A DNA stretch of 64,000 nt from Piromyces finnis finn (taxonomy: Eukaryota > Fungi > Neocallimastigomycota), in the NCBI GenBank assembly GCA_002104945.1, contig MCFH01000040.1, forward strand, positions 372,001 to 436,000, given 5' to 3'. The stretch's first letter is position 1, and each line of letters opens with the position of its first letter. Positions 49,701-59,918 of this stretch are shown here, one piece after another. The notes below the pieces were generated by a model. The model was not told where the DNA came from. It searched no databases and saw nothing but the letters and a program-made list of their open reading frames with translations. The translations under genes were made by a program, and so were the position numbers.

Positions 49701-50269
49701 CAATTAAATAAAAATTTTCATACATACCAATTTTTTACAAAATGAGGTCCATAAATAACTTAATGAAACTAAAAAATTTTGTTCATCAAGTCTTAATTTA
49801 AATATATATATATATATGATAAGTATTGAAATTATATAAATAAAAATATTTTTACAATATTTTTAATAAACATTCCATTTTTACTTTTTTGATATATTTA
49901 TAAACTCCTGTTTAAGATACTCTATTAACTCATTTCTTATGTTTTGATATAGACTTGATGAATAATCATATTTACAAAGATTTTCACAAAGCTATAAATT
50001 AAATTTCAAATTTAAAAAATATTATATAAATATTAAAATATAAGAATGTCATAGAATTATTTTCAATTGAACAAATTATAAAGAAATTTGCATTTTTACA
50101 TTTATTCTATAAAATATAAAACTGTAACAAAAAAACATACTGTATATAATCCTTCTAAACTATCAGATAATGGTGCCGTATTAAATATGGCATCCATTGC
50201 TATTTTTAATCTGTTCCATTCTAAATCAAAATTTATAGCCAAAGTAGGAATGTCTTTTTTTAAAAAAAA

Positions 50270-50306
<37 letters not shown>

Positions 50307-50626
50307 TTAAAATTGAAATGTATATATGAAATTATAAAATTATTTTTTTTTAGAAAATATACTTTCATAAATTAAAAATATTGAAAATGATATAAACCTT
50401 GTAAAGGGGAAAATTCTATTCTTTTTCTTGAACTTTTAACTTCAAATGGTTTTCCTTTTTCAGATAGAAATCCTGAAAGATTATTATCATTATTTAACAT
50501 ATTTATATCATTCATTTTATTAAATTCAGATTTGAATTTTGAACGTTTGTCCTTTTTTAAATAATTATTAAAATAGAATTGTTGTTTTTTTCCTTTCAAA
50601 GAAAATGTTTTTTTCACAGTATTCAT
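46745..50626 (-). CDS. CUL4: Cullin-4, multi-exon
   Basis: [33 protein letters not shown], and C-terminal DRQYQ|[14 protein letters not shown]...[14 protein letters not shown]...IYHYVL*. DRQYQ is the CUL4-type form of the neddylation domain. Confidence 0.92.
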
Positions 50627-52006
50627 AAACCTATTATATTTAAAGGATTATCCATTTATGAATTGCATATAATGAAAAAATATATAATTTTAACAATTAG
50701 TATTTATAGAAATAATTAAAATAAAAAAAATAAAATAATAAAAAATAGTTGTTGTTGTCTATTGATTTATTCGTTTGCTTAGAGTTATTTTACAATAATT
50801 ACATACAATTATACAAATATTTATAATATTGAAATGTGATTTATTGTTAATAATACTATAAATTTCTATTTTAACTATTATCCGATATACTATTTATTAG
50901 ATTAAAATATAATGTTATTCATTTTATTTTATTTTTTTTTATCTGGCTTCAATTAAATGAAATAAATGAAATCATATTTTATAAATTTCCTTTATCAATA
51001 ATTTCTTAATTTAATTTACTATTTGATATAATATATTATATTATATATATATTACTTATATGTGTGTTTTCATAATAACAAAGAAAATAAAATAAAAGTT
51101 TATTCAATATTTTTATACTTGAAATATTATCAAATTAAATTTAAATAATTTAATAAAAACATCTTGATTTTCTTTTAATTAAAATATTTTTAATTTAAAT
51201 ATTTCTATGAGAGAAAGAATTTGGAATAAGGAAAATTAATGCAAATATATAATATTTATTATTTTTAATATATCTTAATATATATACTTTTTATACAAAA
51301 ATCTATTATAAGTGGTTTTATCTTAAATATAAATAGTATTTAAATATTTGTAATATTGTAAATTACTACTTATAAAAAAATGAATCATATATTTGACTTT
51401 TAAAACAAAGCTTTTACAATTCATAAATTTTAATTTTTAAGTTAAACATTAAATATCATTTAAAAATTTAAAATTGTATTAAAATACAATTTGTAAAATA
51501 TATTATTTTTAATTATATAAAAAAAAATTTTTATATATATTATTTTTATTATTCTAAAAAATGACATATTCTTTTTTCACTCAGAACAATCTTGGTTAAA
51601 ATGCTTTACTAGATAAAGGATTTTTTATAAATATATAAATTAATAATTATATTTGCTTTAAAAAATATGTAAAATAGTAAATAGTATAAATAATAAATAA
51701 GTAATTTATTTTAAAAAATAATAAAGTAAATAATGTTACATTTAAATTTATTTAAATTATTTACTTAAATTTTATATTATTTTTTTTTTTTAAAAATGAG
51801 TTTATTTTTTAAGAAATCTATTATTAAATTTGTATTAAATTATTTAATATACATGAATTAGTTAATGACAAAAAAAAAATAGTTTAATAATATTAAAATA
51901 TTTATTTTTGTTATTAAATATTATGTAATAATTATTATATGAATTTATGAAGATTAATGTTATAAAGATTAATGTTATAAAAATACATAACTCTACTAAA
52001 ACTCAA

Positions 52007-52768
52007 TTAAAAAAATATTATATAAACTAAAAACATTATTGCTATGTTAATAAAGACTTGTCTATAGGTAAATCCTGGAATAAATGAATCTTCAACTACT
52101 GTATTAGTATTAGAAATATGATCGGTAGCATTAATAGGTCCATTAATATTGGTTAAGGTACTATTTTGTTTGTTAAATGTATTACTATAAATGTCATTTG
52201 AATTGGTAGAATTATTGTTATTATTAATAGTATTATTAGCATTATTTGCAATATTATTTACATTATTATTGCTAGAATTACTGTCGTTATTATTATTTTG
52301 TGTCGAAGAAGTTGCATTATTACTATTATTGTTATTGTTATTGTTATTGTTATTGTTATTACTGGTTGCAGAAATATATTCTGCTGGAGTATTAAAATAA
52401 TTATTTTGTACACAATCAATATAGCATTGGTTTAAGTTTGCCCAATCAGTTGGTAAATTATTTGGATACTTTGCTAAACAACCATTCTGACAATCAGCTG
52501 TTTTCAATACTGAATTACGATCTGGGGAAGGTACATTATAACAAGAAGCTACACAATTTAATTCATCATTACAATTTAATTCTTTTAAACATTCTTCAGG
52601 AGCTATTTTATAAAATTAATTTTTAATTGTTTATTATTAATGATAAATTATATACTTTTAAAATTCTAGGATATCTTCATTTAATAATTTAATAATACTT
52701 ACTTGAAAAGGGTAAACTACTAATACCATAAATAAATAATAATTGAACGAAAAATCTTAATTTATTCA
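52007..52768 (-). CDS. Secreted 8-Cys protein with Asn/Ser/Thr-rich stalk and hydrophobic C-terminus (GPI-anchor or TM; fungal HAM34-like)
   Basis: Signal-like first exon MNKLRFSFNYYLFMVLVVYPFQ; domain PEECLKELNCNDELNCVASCYNVPSP...TADCQNGC...NQCYIDCVQNNYF; poly-Asn stalk; tail VFINIAIMFLVYIIFF*. First-intron boundaries are ambiguous. Confidence 0.7.
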
Positions 52769-53434
52769 TGATACTAATTGTTATTTTTAAATACTATCAA
52801 ACTGTTAATACACTATTGAATGAATATAATTAATTTTTTGATAATAGAAATTTATAAATGATATTTTGAAATAACTTATTTTTCGAAAATTTGAATATAT
52901 ATATATATAAATGAAGTGATTATAAAAAAGAAAGTTGCCGCTATAATTCCTTTCTATAATCTATTATTTTATTTTAATCAATTACTCTTTCAACTCAATT
53001 ATAAAAAAAAATAAAAATAATGAAAAAAAAAATATTCAAGGATAGATTATTATTAAATTAATGTTAAATATTATATTTATACATTAATATATTATATTTT
53101 ATATAAATATATTTGTATTTCATTTATTTAATATAAAATAAATTAATTATATATTATTTAAAATTTATATCTTAATAATTAAGATTATTAGTAAAATATA
53201 ATACTAAAAGTAAAATGGTGCCATATTGATTTTGTATTCTAATATATTTAAATTTATTGTAATATATTATGATTAATTGTTATTGCTTTTAAATTTTTAA
53301 TTATTTATATGCGTAACATTTAATATTTTTTAAAAAATTCTATAATTTTATAATTTAGATATATAATAAATAAAACTTTATTTGTTCTTAATAAGAATAA
53401 AACTATTCAATCCACCGACCTAATTACCAAATAA

Positions 53435-53488
53435 AAAACCATTAAATTTTATAAAATTCATTCCAATTTTATAAAATTTAATGGTTTT
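53435..53488. repeat. Perfect 24-bp inverted repeat with 6-nt loop
   Basis: AAAACCATTAAATTTTATAAAATT-CATTCC-AATTTTATAAAATTTAATGGTTTT. Confidence 0.9.
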
Positions 53489-55381
53489 CAACATTCTTTA
53501 TGATTTCAATTATTCTTTAGCATTTTATTATATTTTTATACATATTTTACAAAATTTTATGTAAATTTATTCAGAAAAAAAATTACATATATTAAATATT
53601 TTTATAAACTTTAATTATTATGTTTTTCTATTAAATTTTTTTTTAAATAATTAACCTTTAAAGTTTTCTTTCTATAAAAAAGGAAAATATATTGCGGTTT
53701 ATTTTACCTAAATATGCAAAGAAGTAAAGTTTATTTTATATGTATATTAATAATTAATAACATTTGCAATATTTCCATAATAGTATCAATTGCAACTAAT
53801 TTTAACCTAAGCAATTACTAAATCAATGAGTTTTTTTTTTTTTTTTTCTGATAAATTAATAATAAAAGAATATAAGGTTATCAAATTTTAATTATTTATT
53901 GAAAAAAGGACACTCATTTATAAATAAATAGTAAATATATGATGAATTGATTTTACTAAAAATTAATAATTAGTAACTCAAGAAGAGTTTCAAATTTTTT
54001 CATTATTATATTATTTTCATCAATTGATCCAGTATAAATTAATAATAAACATAAAATGATTTTTTTTTTTTATATGCCTAAATGAAATAACAATAACAAT
54101 TAGCATTTAATATTTTATTTATTTTAATACTAAATAATTATAGCTGTTAATTATATAATTTTTATTTAATTTCTTTTTTCATACTTTTTATTATTTCTTT
54201 ATATGGTAAATATTTTGAAATTTATATTAATTAAAATTTTTGAATTATATATTTAAAATGTGTAAATGAAAAATATTATGTATTCTAGTATTTTTTTATT
54301 AAAAGTAAAGCCATTCTTGTATAAAATAGTTAATAATTGTATTAGACTTTAAATGAAAGTAAAAGTCTATATTAAACTTTAGACAAAATATTAACATACC
54401 ATTTATTTAACATTAAGCTCTTGATAAATATTAAAGAATTAATTATTGTCAGCTAATAGCAAAAAATATGACTTTGGTTTGCAGTTCCTCAGTTTCTCTT
54501 AAAAATTAAAATCCTTAAAAGTTTTTGTCTATTAAATTAAGCTGTCGTCAAAACTTATTCCTTCAAGAAGAAATTTTAATTATAACTTAATGAATTTTCT
54601 TATTATATCACTAAAAAAAATTAATGTATATAATTAAAAAAAAAAAGTATCAATAATAATTTACTTTAAAAATTTTGCATTATAATGCCATGGGAAAAAG
54701 TATCACAATTTTATTAAATATTAGTTATGATTCCTTTTTTTTTTTAATATAAAAATAAGCATAACCCCCTTCACGTAAAATGGAAATTTTATCAAATAAT
54801 ATACTAATACACTTTAAGCTATAAAGCAAATAAAAAATTATATTTCAAAAAAAAAAAAATAGTAATAAATAACAACCTAATAATTGCATTCACCATATTA
54901 TATTTAATTATTATTTTAAATAAAAGTCATACAACAATCAAATAACATCAACTATATCATACTTTACAAGCCCAATTTATCTTAATATTATTTTTACATT
55001 TTTTCAAAATAATTTCCACCTTTTCCATTAAATATTTTCTGTTACATATTCCTTAATTAAAACAACCCTTCAAATTTTATACGTTTTTATCTATTATTCC
55101 ATATATTTATTAAATTACTCTAAATTTCTTGTTCTTGCTTCTACAATAATATTTTATTTTAAAATATGAATGCAATAGTTAATTATCACTTTCCTATTGA
55201 TTTTTGCGTTTTATCTGAATCATTTAATTATGCCAAATTATTTAATTATAACTAATTATATCCTTAATAATATATTTTTAAATATTATTTATTGAGAAGA
55301 GTGTTTCATAAATAATTGGTTTTTAAACAACACAAAAATTGTAATTCTCATGTTTATTTGATTTGTATAATTCGATATTAC

Positions 55382-55425
55382 ATTGAGTGAAACTTTTATG
55401 TAAGTACATTATTATTCCACTCAAT
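55382..55425 (-). promoter_or_regulatory. Candidate stem-loop in the RPS28 3'UTR
   Basis: On the mRNA strand AUUGAGUGGAA pairs with UUUCACUCAAU (11 bp, one G-U), with an inner AUGU/ACAU stem. It starts 33 nt after the stop codon. Confidence 0.45.
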
Positions 55426-55457
55426 AGTTCACTATAAAATTTTACAATTTCAAGTGT

Positions 55458-55960
55458 TTAACGAAGACGTCTGGCTTCACGTTCAGATTCGAGAAGAGTA
55501 AGGATATCACCTTCCTTGACTGGACCCTTAACGTTACGGATGATGGAACGGTTCTTGTCATCGAGGAATTCGACACGAACTTGGGTAACACCACCACTTT
55601 ATATGATATAATTGAAACTTGTTAATATCTACTTACATCACTTGTATTATTTATAAAAGTATTGTTTATATATTTACCGAGAACCGGTACGACCAAGAAT
55701 CTTAGTAACCTTAACGTCCTTTGGAGCTTGAGCACGATCCTATTTTCAAATAATTTAAATCATTAATAGTTTAGTTATTTGTCAATATTATATTATATTC
55801 TTTTAAAAATTAATCCATCTATCTTTTCATAACTAATAAAAACTTTCAAAAGTTACAATTTTTTAAGCAAATAATTTCATAAAACAATCATCAATCCATC
55901 ATTTCTAAAACTACAAATTCATTCATTAAAAAAAAATAATATAAAAAAATATAATACCAT
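55458..55960 (-). CDS. RPS28: 40S ribosomal protein S28 (eS28), 3 exons
   Basis: ATG-only first exon (55958-55960), then [21 protein letters not shown]|[45 protein letters not shown]. Absent from the ORF track. Confidence 0.97.
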
Positions 55961-56219
55961 ATTTATATATACTGTGAAGTATTTTTCAAGAGAGAGTTTG
56001 TTAATCGTTTTACTCTTACAAATTGAATATACAAAATTACAATAAAAAATTAAATGATTTGATTGGATAATTTAAGCCACAAAAAAATTTTATAAAAAAG
56101 AAAATTTTCAAATTATAATAAAATTTCCTTTGAATAAATAAAAGTAAACTAAATAAAAATAATAAACAAATAAACTAACTTAAGTAGTTTAAATTGATTA
56201 TTATTTAATAGTTTAAAAA

Positions 56220-56311
56220 TTGACTTAAAATGATGAATACAAAAATCATGCACCACCACACTGATGTAATGATGAAAATGGTTCTCTGAACCAAATTATT
56301 CTGAAAGTCAA
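56220..56311 (+). ncRNA. Box C/D snoRNA with 18S helix-34 guide (snR55/U33-related target region)
   Basis: Terminal stem TTGACTT/AAGTCAA; box C ATGATGA 56230; D' CTGA 56261; C' ATGATGA 56269; D CTGA 56301. Guide CATGCACCACCAC is complementary to conserved 18S GUGGUGGUGCAUG. Confidence 0.9.
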
Positions 56312-56350
56312 TTACAAATTATTTAATGTAAAAATTTTTAATATGTTATG

Positions 56351-56413
56351 ATTTCATTCATTCTTAAATACAATATAAAAATAATTTATAATGTATTTAA
56401 GAATGAATGAAAT
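56351..56413. repeat. Long hairpin (22-bp perfect plus 6-bp inner stem) 40 nt downstream of the snoRNA
   Basis: ATTTCATTCATTCTTAAATACA-A-TATAAA-AATAA-TTTATA-A-TGTATTTAAGAATGAATGAAAT. Confidence 0.9.
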
Positions 56414-57203
56414 AAATTAGTAAATAATAAGCTTTATTATTTAAATGAAGTCGTAAATTTATTATTCTTTATAATTTTTATTTATCATATTATTTAAGTG
56501 TTTTTTTTTTTTTGTGTAAAATAATTAAGGGTTTTAAAAGTATTTATTCAAACAAAAACTAAAAATATATAAGGGTCAATTTTTCTTTTTTTTTTTTTTT
56601 TTTTATTATTTATTTATTTATTTTTATTTTTAAAAATAAGTAATGTATTGTATGTTCAAGAATTATTTATAGTTGTAAAAATAATAACTTTCTAATTTAT
56701 TTGTTCTTTAATAAAAATAATTTGATAATGCAATTAATAAATATTTCTTTAACATTGTTTTAAAGAACATGATTGTATTAAAATGTTGTATATATTTTAA
56801 TTATTCTCCTTTTATTATAATGTATGTATATAAGATAATAAATATATAAATATTAAATAATTATATGTCATTCAATAATTGATAATGATAAAGACAATAA
56901 AAATTTGGAAAAAAATAACGAAAATTAGAACATAAAATTTCATCAAGAAGCATAAGAAATAATAATAATAATTTCTTCATTTATACAAATACAAATTTAT
57001 ACCAAGTTTTTTCCAAGTTTGAAATTATGTAAATGTATATTTTTTAAAAATGTAACGTAATGTAATTGAATAAAAAATCTAATTTAAATATAAAAAAAAA
57101 AAAAAAAAAAAAAATTAAATTACTAATTTATAAATTACTGAAATAAATTAGTGTAGTATAATATATATTTTAATTATTCTAATTTGTTATTTTAATATAC
57201 ATT

Positions 57204-58241
57204 ATGGATGATATATTCAATATAAATGATCATGAATCAGAAAATGAATATTATTCTGATGAAGAAGAAAGTAAAATATCTTTATTAAAAATAAAAAAAT
57301 CTGATGACAATTCAGAAGATGAATCCGAAAATGAATCTGAAAATGATATTGAAAATGATGATAACGATAATAATGAAAAAAAAAATGAGAACAAGGAAAT
57401 AGTTAAAAAAGACAATCGTTTTGATATGAGTGGATTTGATGATAATGATGATGAAAATGATAATGAAAATGATATCGAAGTAAATGAAAATGAAAATGAA
57501 AAAAAGCAAAAAAAGATTAAAAAACCTCTTAGTGAAAGTAAACTTAAAAAATTTAATATTCAACATAATAGAACTGGTGTAGTTTATTTATCAAAAATTC
57601 CACCATTTATGAAGCCAATAAAAATTCGTCATCTTCTTTCGAAGTATGCAAAAATAGGTAGAATATATTTGGCAGCAGAAGATGAAAAGATTGCTCGCCG
57701 TAGAAAAAAGTATGGAGGAAACAAGAAAAGAAATTACACAGAGGGATGGGTTGAATTTTTAGAAAAAAGAGAAGCAAAATTAGTTGTAAAGCATTTAAAT
57801 AACAATATTATTGGAGGAAAAAAAAGTAGTTGGTATCATGATGATATATGGAATATGAAATATTTACATGGTTTCAAATGGATTCATTTGACTGAAAGAA
57901 TTGCTTATGAAAAAGCTGTTCGTAATCAAAAACTTAAGGCTGAAATGGCTCAAGCTTCTCGTGAAAGTAATGTAATCTTAAGAAATGTTGAAAAGGCTAA
58001 AATGATTGAATCAATGGAAAAGAGAAAATTAGAAAAATTAAATGATGAAGCAGAACCAAGTCAGAAAAAAGCCAAAACTTCCGAAGATACTTCATCAAAT
58101 AATAATACTGATTCATTCCAAAATCCTGAAACATTAAAAATCATTAGAAAATACAAACAAAGAAAACCTGTTAATCCAGAAAAGAAAACTGTTGTTATTA
58201 ATCCAAAGCAAAAAACTGTTTTAAGCAAAATATTTAACTAA
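57204..58241 (+). CDS. ESF2: Pre-rRNA-processing protein Esf2/ABT1 (RRM-like), intronless
   Basis: Acidic N-terminus, then TGVVYLSKIPPFMKPIKIRHLLSKY...GRIYL...YTEGWVEF...GGKKSSWYHDDIWNMKYLHGFKWIHLTE. Confidence 0.95.
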   Translation: MDDIFNINDHESENEYYSDEEESKISLLKIKKSDDNSEDESENESENDIENDDNDNNEKKNENKEIVKKDNRFDMSGFDDNDDENDNENDIEVNENENEKKQKKIKKPLSESKLKKFNIQHNRTGVVYLSKIPPFMKPIKIRHLLSKYAKIGRIYLAAEDEKIARRRKKYGGNKKRNYTEGWVEFLEKREAKLVVKHLNNNIIGGKKSSWYHDDIWNMKYLHGFKWIHLTERIAYEKAVRNQKLKAEMAQASRESNVILRNVEKAKMIESMEKRKLEKLNDEAEPSQKKAKTSEDTSSNNNTDSFQNPETLKIIRKYKQRKPVNPEKKTVVINPKQKTVLSKIFN

Positions 58242-59918
58242 ATTATAAAACCTATTTTCAATTATTAAACAAATTAATAAAATTTATTTTATTTCTTTTT
58301 ATATTTTTTTTACATTAATTTATTAGATTTTTTTTTTGTTTTTTTTTCTTTTACAGGTACAATTTAGATTTAAGATAATAAAAAAACATACTAATAGAAT
58401 ATAAAATAAAATAGTTGATTACTCTTTAAATTTGTAATGTTCATTTAAATTATTTATTGAAATAAAATATATTTATTCGTAAAATCAATTTAAAATGATT
58501 AATAATAAATAATATGTATATTGTATGTTGTTTTTTACATGTTATCCCTTAATTTTTGTTTTTGTTGTTGTCTTTCAAAATTATTTAAAATTAAATACTT
58601 TATTAATTGTAAATTCTAGTGTTATATAAAAATATCAGTCTTAAGCAAAATTAAGTATTAAAAAGATTTAATATTAAAATAATTGTAAATTCTAATGTTA
58701 TTTAAATATTTACAATATTTTTATGATTTAAACATAAAAAAAATGAATAAAATGAATAAAATATCTGTCAAAAAGGTAAACTATTTATTGTTTTTATTTT
58801 TTAAATAGCTATGATAATTTTTTGGTGTTGCTTCTACCTATTCGTTTTATTAATAAATGATTTATTACCTCTTTCTTTTTTTAAATGTTATTATTTTAAA
58901 ATATATTATATATTTTACTACATCCTTTTTACCAACACTTGAATTTATTCATTATATATTTAAAACCATATAAAAAAATATTATTCCAAATTATATAATA
59001 TATATCAATATATAAATAATATATGATTGAATTAATTGTAGAAAACAAATAAAAACAAATATGTATAAAATTAAAAAACACAATAATTACACAAAATTCA
59101 AATATATTATAAAATATTTATATGTCAAATATATTATGTAATACAGTGTACAATATATTTAATATATTTAATATATATAGTAAAATAATGAATAATTGAA
59201 TGTTTTTCTATTATTAAATTTCTTTATATTAATTTATGGTTTATATTATTTTATATTAAAATTATAAATATGTAATTTATATATTTATTAAAGTTTTTAA
59301 AAAATTAAAGATTAGATAACAAATTATTAAAGAAAAAGAAATAAAATATATTATACATTAATATTATTAATGTTATTATATTATTATTATAATTTTTATT
59401 ATTACTATTATTACTTATTAAAACCTTTGAATTTTATAATTTAAATTATTATTTAAAATTTGTAGTAAATAATAGTAAATTTTCAAAATACTTTGTTTTT
59501 TCCTTTGCGAAATAAATAAAAAATCGTATACATTAAATGATTTTAAAATTGGTTATACTTTTGAAATAAATAAAGTATTAAAGAGAATTTAATATATAAA
59601 TTATAGCATAATCTTTCCAAATAAATTAGGAAATAGAAATATCAATCAAGAATAAAAAATATAAATAAAAGTTTTCATTTTTTATATATAAACATATTAA
59701 ATATTATATAATTATATATAGATAAAAAATCTTTTTATATTTTTCAATAATTAGAAAAATAATAAAGTTAAACTTAAATTATCAGTAAAATAAAAATATT
59801 TGTTAATATAATTTACTAAAACATATAAAAAAGTATTCAAAAATCATTATAAACAACTTTACACGAAATTATATAATTCCCATTAATTACCTTTATTTAA
59901 TTTCTTAAATTTATATAA

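Noticed and set aside
54880-55260. Purine-rich, stop-riddled minus-strand stretch suggestive of a decayed gene (e.g. NGKGGNYFEKM*)
   Set aside because: No parent family could be recognised by eye; a translated search would be needed.
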